DNA from: Octopus vulgaris
Lineage: Eukaryota
DNA length: 64,000 nucleotides
Direction: 5' to 3'
NCBI GenBank assembly: GCA_951406725.2
Contig: OX597824.1
Location: 79,856,001 to 79,920,000, forward strand
The position numbers were made by a program, and so were the translations under genes. A model generated the notes under the pieces. That model was not told the DNA's origin and did no database searches. It saw nothing but the letters and a program-made list of their open reading frames with translations. The stretch's first letter is position 1; every line of letters begins with the position of its first letter. This document shows, piece after piece, positions 43,212 through 57,331 of this stretch.

Positions 43212-43442
43212 TCGGCGAGCGGGCAGAAACGTTAGGCTGCCGAGCGAAATGCTTAGCGGTATTTCGTTTGCCGCTACGTTCTGAGTTCAATATCCGCCGG
43301 GGTCGATTTTGCCTTTCATTCTTTCGGGGTCGATTAAATAAGTACTAGTTACGCACTGGAGTCGATATAATCGACTTAATCCGTTTGTCTGTCCTTGTTC
43401 GTCCCCTCTGTGTTGAGCCCCTTGTGGGTAGTAAAGAAATAG
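43212..43442 (+). mobile_element. SINE family B variant, monomer
   Basis: Ends GGGTAGTAAAGAAATAG like the body unit at 38899-39316. Confidence 0.85.
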
Positions 43443-45016
43443 ATATAAATGTGAGGGAGTGCTGAAAAGTTCTTGGTTGTAAAGGTATCGCGAACGTTGA
43501 ACCTGGTTGGACCTTTGGAACCATTGATTTGTACCGTTTCAATCTTGGCCGAACAGACATGTGGTTAAAGATACCCCAATCGAGTTTAGATACCGTAAAG
43601 ATTTCAACTCAGATGATGTAGATAGTAAAAATGGTCGAAATAAAATATTTGCAAACTATGACTTGATATCATTTCTACCAATTCTACTACCCCTCCACCT
43701 TATACTTTTTCCAGAATGATTGATTTCTAACTTGAGTAAAAAAGGAAAAAAAAAAATAAAAACTATTTGCAAGCGGTGGTCTTAGTTGATTCGAACATAG
43801 AACCAACAGGAACGCCTCTCAAATATCCCAGGGCATTGTTTTTATCTCACAGAATTCGAACTCATAAACTAAAGAAATGCAAGTAAATATCCCACGTGTT
43901 TAGTCCGGCCTTCTTACCGTTTCTGCCGTTTTTAACGATAACTTTGTGCTCCGAAATCAGCATCGATTTTCTGTTTTGATAAGCTCTGAACAAAATAGGT
44001 ATTATTAACTGACACTGGTTTTCCCCCGAAGGGTTTATACATACTCAGCATGATATCAGTGATCAGATAATAAGCTATTCGATTTCTTGTGCGGTGCAAT
44101 GTGGCGTGTACGAAATTGTTTAGTTGCAAGATAACTTATATTATTATAATTTTCTTTACTCACTTCAGTAAACGTGTCTTCCTGGGAAAGAAAAAAAATA
44201 AAATGAAAACTTGTGTCTTGCTAGCAGGAACGTTTCCGCGTGCACGCTTGCTTACCTAAACACAGTTACCTGCACCAAATCCACACCATTTTCGAATTCT
44301 GAATTCTATATCGTGTGTCATGGTAGCCGAAGAGTAGTGGATTTAACCAACGGCTAATAATTGTAGTACTGGTCAACTTCCGGTTAGACTCCCACCAATG
44401 GAGGCCTCTATTTAAATCTGTTGTGGAATCAGTGTTATTTCAGAAATGTATGATAAATTTAGTCTCCCCTTTTCTGCCTTTGTCAGAGAGCTACAGTACG
44501 TACGCATGTGCATATGAATGTATGTACGTATGTGCTTACGTATGTATGTACGTATGCGCGTAGGTATGTATGTATGTCTATGTGTGCGTTTATTAGTCTA
44601 TTGGTATTATATTTGTCCATCGAAGAACATTAATATATTTTCTTACATATCACCTCCCTCTGGCTTATTTATCAATTGAAATTGTGTTTAATGATGGGCT
44701 TTTTGAAAAGTAATATGGCTGAAATCCAAAGTGAATCTTGCTGAAATAACACGACGTCAAGCTGTATCAGTGAGATAACTATCCGCTAATGATAACGCAA
44801 AAGAGATAGTTAAGATAAATGGAAGTCATTTTTTTCCCCTTTCCTCGCTCATGGTTGATTAATAAAAATACCGACATTTTAGGATGCAATAGGTGATGGA
44901 AATGGTAGATCATGTAACTACATACATACATGCATACATAGATACATACATGCATACATAGATACATACATGTATATATGTTCCTATATATATGTTTATA
45001 CATATATATGCTTATA

Positions 45017-45070
<54 letters not shown>

Positions 45071-45144
45071 TATATATATATATGTTTATATATATATATG
45101 CTTATATATATATATATATATATAAGTATACTACGTACATACAT

Positions 45145-45177
<33 letters not shown>

Positions 45178-45569
45178 GCCATATGCCTTACGGCATTTAA
45201 TGTCCATTCTAAATTCTGTTCTAAAGCCTACCATGTTCGGAATAATTAATGATTGTAATAATTATATTAACGTATCCTGGAAATGTAGGTAGAACGGACT
45301 TTGTAGAACGTCACTCTCATAATAAATGTTAGAAATCAATAAACGGGAGCGAGAATTCCACTAAACACATTTTACCGTAATTCATTTCTTCTCTCGGAGG
45401 TCTGAGTTCAAGAGTCACCGAGTCAGAATTTGCATTTCGTGTCTCTAAGTGGTTAAGAAAATTGGAATCAGTCAATATAATACCAGTCCATTATATTTGT
45501 CTTCTAGAAAAAAGCAAAAAAAAAAGCGAAAAATAATAGAACATAGGCATGGCTATAGGTGTCAGGTAT

Positions 45570-45866
45570 GGAAGGCAGCGAGCTGGCAGAAACGATAGCA
45601 CGCCGGGCGAAATGCGTAGCCGTATTTCGTCTACCGTTACGTTCTGAGTTCAAATTCCGCCGAGGTCGCCTTTGCTTTTCATCCTTTCGGGGTCGATTAA
45701 ATAAATACCAGTTACGCATTGGGGTCGATATAATCGACTTAATCCGTTTGTCTGTCCTTGTTTGTCCCCTCTATGTTTAGCCCCTTGTGGGTAATAAAGA
45801 AATAAGTATTTCGTCTGCCGCTACGTTCCGAGTTCAAATTCCGCCGAGGTCGACTTTGACTTTCAT
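45570..45866 (+). mobile_element. SINE family B variant, one body plus start of a second
   Basis: GTATTTCGTC at 45622 and 45806 (period 184). Confidence 0.85.
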
Positions 45867-46495
45867 AGAGTGGAAATCCGGAATCACCAGCGAAGAAGAA
45901 ATTCAAGGCTCAATCTACCGAAGAAAAAGTGATGCTAAGAGTTTTTTGGGGATGCAAAAGGGGTTATACTAGAACATTACCCGGAAAACGGTGTTTACAG
46001 TCATCAATATAGTAAAATGCTGTTAAACAAACTGAAACCAGTAAAATGCTGTTAAGCAAACTGAAACCAGTAATTCACACCAAAAACCGTGGTCTTTTGT
46101 GAAAGTAAGTGTTATTGTTGAATGACTATGCACGTCACCATACGGCTGCACACACCTTAGAAACCATTGAAAAATTAGGTTTCGAGTTGTTGGAAGACCT
46201 TCCATACAGTCCAGATCTCGCCCCTTCCGACTATCACTTATTTGTACCGCTCGAACTACTTTTACGAAGTCGTCGATTTGCTACGAGCGAAGAAACGCAG
46301 GAAGCGGTGCATAAATGGCTGCACGACTAATCGAAAATCTTCTCTGATGGAATAAGCAAGCTTGTGGACCGCTGGAAGAAGTGCATAAAAATGTAAGGAA
46401 ATTGTGTCGAAAAATGATGTAATTGTTCAACCCCTACTTGTGTTTCAATAAATTACAGAAACAAGAGCGAATATAGTTTTTAACTTACTCTCGTA
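45864..46495 (+). mobile_element. 3' half of a decayed mariner (irritans-like)
   Basis: ESPAKKKFKAQSTEEKVMLRVFW, LNDYARHHTAAHT, PYSPDLAPSDYHLF, GISKLVDRWKKC; terminus TTTTAACTTACTCTCG+TA. Confidence 0.85.
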
Positions 46496-46584
46496 TATAC
46501 GAATGCAATTGTGTTTCCCTTGAATGTTCTGCAATGCTCCCATTTCTTTCTTTTCTTTTTCTTTTTCTTTTTTTTTCTTTTTCT

Positions 46585-46965
46585 CTTGTTTCAGTCATTT
46601 TGACTGCGGCCATGCTGGAGCACCGCCTTTAATCGAGGAACTCGACCTCGGGACTTATTCTTTGTAAGCCCAGAACTTATTCTATCGGTCTCTTTTGCCG
46701 AACCGCTACGTGACGGGGACATAAACACACCAGTATCGGTTGTCAAGCAATGCTAGGGGGACAAACACAGACACACAAACATACACGCACTTACATATAC
46801 ACGACGGGCTTCTTTAAGTTTCCGTCTACCAAATCCACTCACAAGGCTTTGGACGGCCCGAGGCTATAGTAGAAGACAGTTGCCCAAGGTGCCACGCAGT
46901 GGGACTGAACACGGAACCATGTGGTTGGTAAACAAGCTACTTACCACACAGCCACTCCTGCGCCT
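46585..46965 (-). mobile_element. SINE family A, full length
   Basis: Complete head, body and tail; among the best-preserved copies. Confidence 0.9.
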
Positions 46966-47574
46966 TTATTTGTAAATAAACCATTATTTTTTTCTGCTAA
47001 TGCCCGTAATTAACCCTAGTTTGGTTATTTCAGATATTGAAATCAATAGAAAAAAATCAATGTTAACTTTATATTACATCAATTACGCAGTCAGCACTCG
47101 TGTTTTCTTCGAGGACTCATCGAATCAAATGTATGTTGTACTTGGTCGAGTCTACTGGGAATATAGGAACATATTATCGCTGCCTTTACTGATTTCACAG
47201 TTGAGAAGAGTCAGATCAGATCATTGATATTGGCATATCATGAAAGGGTGAAGGTAATTCTGGAACTCGAATATACCTAAGGCTAAGTCTTCTCAGGCAT
47301 AATGCTTTTTGTCGATATTATTTTCAAAGCTAGTTTATCTTTCACCAATCTTAGGGCCAAAAATATAATAATACTAGTCAAGTACTAGAGTCAAGATAAT
47401 CGATTATGCACTCTCCCTCATGTACATTTGTTAGATGCAATGAACAATTTAAGTTCAATTGGCGTTAGAAACCGAAATTATATTTGTGCATAGACTTAGA
47501 GGAATACTCAAAGATTAACTGTCGAAAAATAAGACTCGCCATTTATAGCCAAATACAAACAAAAATCATCATAT

Positions 47575-47718
47575 AGGCGTAGGAGTGGCTGTGTGGTAAG
47601 TAGCTTGCTTGCGAACCACGTGGTTCCGGGTTCAGTCCTTCTGCGTGACACCCGACCAAAGCCTTGTGAGTGGATTTGGTAGATGGAAACTGAAAGAAGC
47701 CCGTTATATATATGTATG

Positions 47719-47798
<80 letters not shown>

Positions 47799-48023
47799 TG
47801 TATGTATGTATGTGTGTGCGTGTATATGCTTGTGAGCCTGTGTTTGTCGCTCCAACATCGCTTGACAACCGATGCTGGTGAATTTACGTCCCCGGAACTT
47901 AGCGGTTCGGCAAAAATACTGGGCTTACAAAGATTAAATCCTGGAGTCGATTTGCTCGACTAAAGGCGGTGCTCCAGCATGGCCACAGTCATATGACTGA
48001 AACAAGTAAAAGAGTAAAAGAGT
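47575..48023 (+). mobile_element. SINE family A with internal deletions and expanded microsatellite
   Basis: AGGCGTAGGAGTGGCTGTGTGGTAAG...GAAACAAGTAAAAGAGTAAAAGAG. Confidence 0.9.
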
Positions 48024-48926
48024 ATATAAATGTAGCAGACGTGAAAGGAGCCATCAAATCTACCAGGTGTTAACCGTTGCTTAATTTGAAATGAGGCGTT
48101 GATGATTTTATAAGTTATAATAAATATGTATATGATACTTCGCAACCTACAGCAAAGTGCGTAAACTCAGCAATACTAATATCATTTCATTGAGGTGACG
48201 AAACCGAGGATTTAGATCAATGAAAATGGGTACAATATTGTTCTAATCTGAACGTAAATAAATATGAAAATTTCTCGATAAGATTAAATGGGCATTGTCA
48301 TGGCTTTAATACAGGTTTCAAATGAAAGCTATTCTCTATTTTCACATAGACAAAATATATCTTAAAAGTATTAAAGAAGGAAAGAAACCATCCCCAGTAG
48401 TATATATTTGTGATAAAATGTGAACGACTGAAACCAACGCTGGCGACGACAAGCAGTGTTTACAATAACATAAGGAGTTGGAGTAAAGTGGCATATACTT
48501 GTCACGAAACTGCGAGCACTTGAACCACTTTTGGAGCAATATGTGTGGGTGTGTGTGTATATATATATGCATATACATACATATATATGTATGTATATAT
48601 ATAATATATATATATATATGTGTGTGGGGGGGGGCACGCGTGTGTGAGCATTGAAATGTTCTAATTTGTCAACAAAAAAGATATATACTTTTGGGGCACT
48701 TCTCATGTGTGTGTGTGTGTGTGTGTGTATGTTTGTGTACGTGCGCGCGTGTATGTATATAAACATGTGCATACTATGCATATATATATATATATATACA
48801 TATATACATGTACATGTGCAAATGTACTCATGTATGTATTGATGTACTTATATATATATATAGATATGTATAAATATATGTATATTTATATATATATGTA
48901 TAAATATATGTGTGTGTATATATATA

Positions 48927-49060
<134 letters not shown>

Positions 49061-50000
49061 ATTTTTGTCGAGAAAGAAATCTTCATAAAATCCATTTCAC
49101 TGATGTGATGTATACGAAGCAACATTACATAACATTCTTTGTGATTTCTCTTGGAATTCTTTATATATTTTTCTGTAGCAATAAACGGATTTTTAGCAGG
49201 AAACACTTTGAAGAGTTTCTGCAGAAATGGGGAAGGGTAAGAGGAGACTCACATCACATGTTTGATCTTCTAATACCTTGGAGCTAACACATGCTAAGAG
49301 GACCGGTGAATGAAAGGGTGACGGTGGTGGCGTTGATCGCAACGTGTCATTGGTGGTAAGAGATGTTGATGGTGATGTTGATAGTGATGGCGGTGATGGT
49401 GGTGGTGGCGTGGATATTAGTAGTGGTAGTGGTGGTGGTGGTGATGGTGGTGGTGGTGGTGGTAGTGGTGATATGTGAGTGTTTATGAGTTCAAAGTCAC
49501 GATCTAACTTAATTATGATTTCACGTGGATTGTGTTCAAAGCTGAGAAATCTACGAAGTGAACTGGATTGGAGGCAGGTGGTTGGTTATCAATTGGTGGC
49601 GGCGTCGTCGTCGTCGTCGTCGGCGGCGGTGGTGGTGATTGGTAGAAGGGATTGGAGGTGGTTGGGGGGCTTGGTTGGTAAAGTTGGTAGGACTAAAGTC
49701 GTCGCCAGTGAAAAAGGAAAGCCCTGGGGCGCGCAGGACCCGTAAAGGTGGAGCGAATAATAACATCTCTATCTGTGTCTCTGTCTTTCTCTTTTCCTGT
49801 CTGAATGCATGTCTCCGTATCTGTCTATTTAATTCTCTCCATCTCTCCATCTCTCCCTCTCTTCATCTCTCCCTCTCTCCCTCTCTCCCTCTCTCCCCTT
49901 ATCTCATCAACTCCATGCTTCGTTGTCTGTCTTACCAACTAATCATACATCATTTCACTCTCTCTCCACCTCTCTCCTTTTAACTCTCTTCCTCACAAAT

Positions 50001-50079
<79 letters not shown>

Positions 50080-51143
50080 CGCGCGTACACTGTTGTAGTC
50101 TTTCATGCAGTGGACTACGGCTATGCTGGGACGCCACCTTCAAAGGTTTTAGTCGTTCATAATGATCGCAGTACTTATTTTATCGATTCTTATTTATCGA
50201 ATTACTAATTACACATTTTCACATAAAGCAACACAACTTCATATACCGGTTTACAGCGGAAAACTACCATGCATCCACACTACCATGCATCGGACACAAA
50301 CACAAAGGCACACACACACACATACACACTCATACACAGACACACACAACCATACACATACACTCATACACACACATACACACAAACATACCCGAACACA
50401 CACATAGGCACACACTAGGAACACACACAGAGTCATGCACACACTCACACGCACACACACATGCACACACAAACATACCCGAATACACACACAGGCACAC
50501 ACAAATGAACACGCACACAGTCATACACACACACACACTCATACACACATACTCATACACACACACTCATACACAAACACACACACGCACACTCATACAT
50601 ACACTCAGACACACATAAGCGGACACACACACATACACATACAAACATACGCGAACACACACAAGCGAATACACACACAAACACACACACACTCACACAC
50701 ATACACAAACTCACGCACGGGTACACACGTACACACAGACATACGCACATACATAAAACACACACACACATTTACAGTCACACCTGTTAGTGACTCGAGT
50801 GTTTAGAGTTTCTTGTTAAGTGCTAAGCCGTAACTTCGAAATCCCAATTGGGCTAGTAGTCGCTTGAATTGTTTTCAATCGATCAAATTGAATTAAAGGA
50901 GCCAGAAAATCAGAAACGAGGAACTTCAAAATTTAAAAACGCCCCCGAAAGGTTGACGATTTCTTATAATTGAAGAATTCAAAGAAAATTCGCTATGTAC
51001 TTTTCTTGAGAAAAAGTTTTATAATTAAAACATAAAATTTTGGAGCGGTGTAGCACTAATCAAGCTAAATATTTTGACGAAGTTATAGGCGCAGGAGTGG
51101 CTTTGTGGTTAGTGGCTTGCTCACAACCATATGGATCCTGGTT

Positions 51144-51312
51144 CGTCTGGAGGCTGTGGCTGAAGCAAATGACGATTTTATTGAATGAATTTACCCTTTA
51201 GTATTTCAATATATTTTATGCTGTTTTGGTAAATATATATGTTAAAATGAGATGTTAGTATTATTTTCATTTTTGTGAAATTTAAACTACAATTTATTCA
51301 CCGCTCCCTGTA
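51144..51312 (+). mobile_element. 3' terminal fragment of a Tc1/mariner-superfamily element, fused to a SINE A head (51087-51143)
   Basis: RLEAVAEANDDFIE* C-terminus, then terminus CAATTTATTCACCGCTCCCTG+TA. Confidence 0.6.
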
Positions 51313-51320
51313 TATGTATG

Positions 51321-51370
<50 letters not shown>

Positions 51371-51391
51371 CATACACACACACACACACAC

Positions 51392-51432
<41 letters not shown>

Positions 51433-51744
51433 ACTGAGAGAAATAACCTCTATTAAGTAATTCAATAGTGAAAAACATTATCCATATTATATAGACAAAA
51501 TTTAAATATAATAAATATTATTTCAAAAAAATCACTAAATTAAATAAACATTAAATCGACTACGCGCGTTTCGTAACTATATTTTTAAATCGATAATAAT
51601 AAAATCGATACTATTAAAAATTAATTCGATTCTTGATTATATACGTATATTATATATTTTGAAATTTGATTTAGAATTGTTAAATTGAATTTTTCCCCGT
51701 AAGTTTTGAATTATATTCCCTACTATTATTATTAATAATAATAT

Positions 51745-51826
<82 letters not shown>

Positions 51827-51829
51827 GTG

Positions 51830-52055
51830 TGTGTGTCTGTGCGTGTGTATCTGTGTGTTTATCTTTGTGTTTGTGCTTGTTCCCCACCTAACAGCCGATG
51901 TTGGCGTGTTTACGTCCCTGTGACGTAGAGGTTCGGCATAAGAGACCGATAGAATACGTACCAGGCTTAAAAATAAGGTCTATTCATTCGACTTTAAACT
52001 TTTTTCGGGTGGTGCTCCAGCATGGCCGCAGTGTGATGACTGAAAGAAGTAAAAT
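51830..52055 (+). mobile_element. SINE family A, 3' half
   Basis: GTTTACGTCCCTGTGAC..GAGACCGATAGAATA..GGTGCTCCAGCATGGCCGCAGT. Confidence 0.7.
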
Positions 52056-52778
52056 GATCCTATGAGATGGAGAGATAATATCTACAGCATGGAGAGAACT
52101 CAACATAACTTCCCTGAATGCTCTTGCCAAGAATCGAATACTATGTGTAATTATTGTGCATTCTACCGCAGGTAGAGTTAGCAGGAAACCATTTACAACA
52201 CTTGATTCGCGCATCAATTACACTCATGTTTTTCCTTACTATAAGGAAACAAATATTTCCAAAGTTATTCCAAAGTTATTCCAAAGTTCTGTCTCTTGCG
52301 GTACACGGTGCTGATGATTGTCAATAAGTTAGAAATGCATTCACCGCTTCCGCTAGTGCGCTCCTTTAAAATTGACTGCTGTTGTTTTTTAACACCTATT
52401 ACCTACAGCAAGAATTCTTTTTAACGGCAAACAGCAGTAAATACGGTCTTTGTACAGGTCAAATACCTTCCAAACATATTTAAACTGAAACAAATGTTTG
52501 TTTACTCCGAATATAATCAGTCTTAAACAATTTAATCTTGTGTGTACGAATGCATCTCCCGTAAAAATGCATGCATCAGCATGACAACGGAAATCGTCGA
52601 GCGGGATGAAATCTATTTAGAAAGAGAATTGTTTATTCACAAGCAACTAAAATTACAATCTAATATATATTTATATAAATTCTGTTTCGAAAAGTTACAG
52701 TTTTATTCTGCATTGCAGCTTGCTTTTTTTTTTTACATGTCGTGACTTTACATATATATATATATTTATATATGTGAT

Positions 52779-53216
52779 AGGTGCAGGAGTGGATGTATGG
52801 TAAGTAGCTTGCTTACCAACCAAATGGTTCCGGGTTCAGTTCCACTGCGTGGTACCTTTGGCAAGGTGTATCCTACTATAGCCTCGGGCTTACCAAGTGG
52901 ATTTGGTAGAAGGAAACTAAAAGAAGCCCGTCGTATATATATATATATATATATATATAAAGATATAGATATATATATATATATATACACAGATATATAT
53001 GTATGTGTGTGTGTATGTTTGTATGTTTGTGTCCCCAACATCGCTTCACAACCGACGCTGGTGTGTTTACGTCCCCGTAACTTAGCGGTTCGGCCAAAGA
53101 GCGATAGAATAAGTACTAGGCTTACAAAGAATAAGTTCTGGGCTCGACTTGCTCGACTAAAGGTGGAGCTCCAGCATGGCCACAGTCAGGTGACTGATAC
53201 AAGTGAAAGAATAAAA

Positions 53217-53220
<4 letters not shown>
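52779..53220 (+). mobile_element. SINE family A, full length
   Basis: Head to tail match to the other A copies. Confidence 0.9.
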
Positions 53221-53281
<61 letters not shown>

Positions 53282-53287
<6 letters not shown>

Positions 53288-53490
53288 TAATCCAAACATG
53301 AAAGCACAAAAAAAACCACAACAACGCGAGGACGTGGAACAAATATAGTATTATTGGACGCTCAGGAAAGAAGGAAAGAAGGAGGGTGTAATGCTTCGAG
53401 CGGAGCTCTTCGTCGGAAACATAGGAGAAGGAAAGATACAGAGAAGGGAAGACAGAGGGAAAAAATCGCCAACAGTACACACGCGGTCAC

Positions 53491-53492
<2 letters not shown>
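53282..53492 (-). mobile_element. Short hammerhead-bearing element, degenerate ribozyme at 53386-53421
   Basis: Minus strand TTT-CCGACGA-A-GAGC tcc GCTC-GAAG-CAT-TA; terminal ~30 bp duplicated at ~53538-53568; within (TA)n. Confidence 0.65.
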
Positions 53493-53539
<47 letters not shown>

Positions 53540-53563
53540 CGCCAACAGTACACACGCGGTCAC

Positions 53564-53632
<69 letters not shown>

Positions 53633-53965
53633 TGTGTTATGAGAATTTATGGAAAAGTATCCTATAGAAACTCAACAAGTTTATTAAAAATGGAGAAGAG
53701 ATGTTGAAATATAAAAGAATTTTAATACATGCATACGATCGTTTCTTTGTTAGAAATCTCCCTTTGCAACACTTCAAAGTAAAGGATGAAATAAAATTCA
53801 ACCGCTGTCCACACACACATACAGACACACACACACACATATATATATATATGTATATATAATGTAATATTAATTAGAGACAAAACCACTATTATGCAAA
53901 TCAAACAAAGAAAGACTTAATCCAATACATAAAAATTTTATATAAATTAAATAAAATTAAGTTAT

Positions 53966-54011
53966 CCACTACAATTGTTTCTTGTCACTTCTAAAGACAT
54001 TCATCAGGTGG
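53966..54011 (-). ncRNA. Minimal type I hammerhead ribozyme (left palindrome arm)
   Basis: CCAC-CTGATGA-a TGTC tttagaagt GACA a-GAAA-C AATT G-TA-GTGG; A.A mismatch closes stem II. Confidence 0.65.
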
Positions 54012-54059
54012 TTTTCAGACCTTCTATTTAATTTTAAAATTGAATAGAAGGTCTGAAAA

Positions 54060-54105
54060 CCACCTGATGAATGTCCTTAGAAGTGACAAGAAAGAATTGT
54101 AGTGG
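54060..54105 (+). ncRNA. Hammerhead ribozyme copy in right palindrome arm, stem III mutated
   Basis: CCAC-CTGATGA-ATGTC..GACAA-GAAA-G AATT G-TA-GTGG. Confidence 0.5.
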
Positions 54106-54309
54106 ATAACTTAATTTTATTTAATTTAATATAAAATTTTTTATGTATTGGATTAAGTCTTTCTTTGTTTGATTTGCATAATAGTGGTTTTGTCTCTAAT
54201 TAATATTATATAATATTTTACTATAAAATTGGATTCAATCCTAAATCTGATTTTTCCCTGTAAATTTGGATTTATTCCCTAATATTTATTATTATATATG
54301 TATATATAT

Positions 54310-54502
54310 ATTCCTATAAGTATATAGGGAAAATAGAAGTTCCTGCTGTATTCTTGGAATGTTCTTTTGTCTGTAAAATTACGTTTCATCTGATGATTCC
54401 GGTTTTTCTAATGAAGTAATGTCCTCATTCTTCTATTAAAAAGATGCGTAAGAAACAGTTGTAATGAACTGACAATTATCCAGCGTCTGCTATTATTCTT
54501 TT

Positions 54503-54533
<31 letters not shown>

Positions 54534-56345
54534 GCTACACACACAGACAGAGACACACACAATTGTGGTTGGCGTTTCGTAGCACATCTGTCTATGTGAC
54601 CACTGAGTGGTATTTGACCGTGTGGGGGTGGTAGATTTGTTGTTCGTGTAGTGTAGATCTATGTCTGTGGGACATTCCTGTTGAGCCTATGTAATTCGTA
54701 TTGCAGCCGGAACATGTTATGACGCAGGTGAAATTTTCAGAGGCGCAAATGAAGTCAGTTTTAATTTTAAATTTTTATCTTTGTTTAAAATGGAATTCTG
54801 AGCCTTCCATCATGTTGGAGCATGTTCCACAGTTCGGTTGCCCACATTTTAAACTCTTGCTTCCATTATTTTTTAGTATAGTTTTGCATTTGCGAGTATC
54901 CTCTTCAGTGGTCCTGGCTGTTTGTTGCTTTTGATAATTTTATGGGTGCGTAGGATTTCATACAGCTTATGATCCTTATGCAGTATTAGAAGGTTTTGAA
55001 TAACAGTGTTATATGCTTCATTGTTTCAGGAGTTATATGTGGAAATATAAGGTAATATATTTAGAGTAGGTGTGTTGTTTTATTTGATCATCTTTGGGTT
55101 TGTATATTAATTCTTTTTTCACGTTTTATCCCATCATCTATTAGCAAAGTTGAGTAGTGTCTGTCAGCGAGTATGTTTTTAAGTTCTTGCAGTCTGAGTT
55201 CTCTGGTATTTTTCCGACACTATACTGCAGATTCTTCTCGCTAGATTGAAAGGGATATTTATTTTAATATGTCTCGGATGTCATGAACTAAATAATAAGT
55301 ATTTTTTCGAGTCTATAGTTTTGTAAAATATGTCGGTTTCTATTTTTTATTTACCTTTTGATTAGTATGTCTGGAAAAGGGAGTTCCTTTTTCTTGTGTT
55401 CCACTGTGAATTATATATTTGTATTTATGATATTAAGAAGTCATTTGAATTCCAAAACTTTCTCCATGTTCTCATTCCATAGAATGAAGCAGTCATCCAA
55501 ATATCGCTCCCAATGTTCCTTTATGTATTGGGAAAGGAGATGTCCGAATTTTGTGAGTGACTCCTCTTATACTGTTAGTTCCAAATAGTCAATTGTCAGG
55601 TTGGCAAGGACGGGGGCTACTTTGGTCCCCATTGCAACTCCAAATTTTTGTCGGAATACAGTGGTGTCAAGCACGAAGTGATTTTACTGGCGAATAAATT
55701 TTAATGATTCAATTACAAACACTTCGTTAATACGTTCCGGCATGTCTTCTGGATATTTTCCCAGCCAGAACTGAGTTGCTCCTAATCCATAATTATGGGA
55801 GATATTAGTATACAGGTTTACATTATCGAAGGCGATCATAAGTGTTTTTCCTTTTGGGAAGTTGCTTAACATATCCAAATCATCTCTAATGTAACTTTTA
55901 ACATATTTTAGAAGTAGCTTCAATGAAGTAACTCAGTCTGCGTTTCACAGGATGGTCCAGCTATAATGGGCCTTAGTTTAAGGTCTCCTGGTGTTGGTAT
56001 ATGTATGTATAACTTCCGTGATTTTTTAATTGCTTCATTTATAATATAGCTTTCATGAATTTTCGGTAAGCCATAAAAGCGGCTGGGTTTACATTTAAAG
56101 TTAGTTACGTAGTCTATTTCTTTTTTCGTCAGGCCTTTTCCGTGTAGTTGAACTAATGTCGGAGACTTGTCATTATTCATTGAGGATTATAGTCTTCGAT
56201 CTTTTCGTAGTAGTCTTCATTATTCAGTCCGGATGCTACGAGGTCTTTGTCGTAGTCCGTGTCCATCACTACTATCGGTTCTTTAATTGTTAATTCCTCA
56301 TCATTTTGTAATTCAGTTAACTTTCTCCATTGGGTAGTGATGAAG
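54310..56345 (-). pseudogene. Penelope-like retroelement (RT + GIY-YIG endonuclease), decayed
   Basis: PSRFYGLPKIHES, LRPIIAGPSCET, AFDNVNLYTNISH, FGVAMGTKVAPVLANL, WERYLDDCFILW (YLDD 55492-55503), VITCSGCNTNYIGSTG; many stops and frameshifts. Confidence 0.9.
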
Positions 56346-56406
56346 CTTGAGCTAATTTTTTGTTTGTGTAGGTATATATGTATATGCATTAATCAGCATA
56401 TGTGTA

Positions 56407-56515
<109 letters not shown>

Positions 56516-56528
56516 CTCTGTCTGTCTA

Positions 56529-56603
<75 letters not shown>

Positions 56604-56897
56604 CTCTTATATTCGGCCTCCTGTGCTCGACGAGCTAGGTTCATCTAACGAGCCTACGAAATTTTAAGTTGCATGAGGTCAAATCAAAGTCTTTAACCAC
56701 CAGCACCACCACCAGCACTACCAGCACCACCAGCACCAGCAACATCACCACCACCACCATCACCACCACCACCATCACCACCACCACCATCACCACCACC
56801 ACGACCACCACGACCACCACGACCACCACGACCACCACCACGACCACCACCACGACCACCACCACGACCACCACCACGACCACCACCACGACCACCA

Positions 56898-56939
<42 letters not shown>

Positions 56940-57254
56940 AAAAATTATATATGTATACATTTACACACACATATTTGTTTCAGATTACACACACATACAT
57001 ACACACACACACATGCGCACAGATACACGCTGCAACATACACATGCACACACAGAGACACACAAACACACACTCGCATGCAATATATTCACATTTGTGTA
57101 TGTGTTACCGACTTCTTCGCTATAATTGTACCAATCATCAGCAGCGTTCTAATCTCTGTCGTTTTGTCCGTTATATTGCCAACTTTGGACACTTTATAAT
57201 TGTAAAAGTATTTTAGCAGGGTTTCCCGTTGATTCGAGGGACAAAAGAGCTAAC

Positions 57255-57331
<77 letters not shown>

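Larger units (their letters stand above)
53865..54208. repeat. ~344-bp near-perfect loop-less palindrome
   Basis: ~172-bp arms centred on AATTTT|AAAATT (54035/54036). Confidence 0.95.

Noticed and set aside
43449-43500. Mariner-type TIR stubs (also ~48685-48705)
   Set aside because: Single short ends without partner TIR or coding remnant; too little to annotate
52337-52347. Minus-strand GCGGTGAATGC, matching the 3' part of miR-124
   Set aside because: Seed region absent; chance match
54390-54410. Plus-strand CTGATGA as a hammerhead core
   Set aside because: No properly placed stem II and GAAA downstream; it appears to be part of an eroded minus-strand motif
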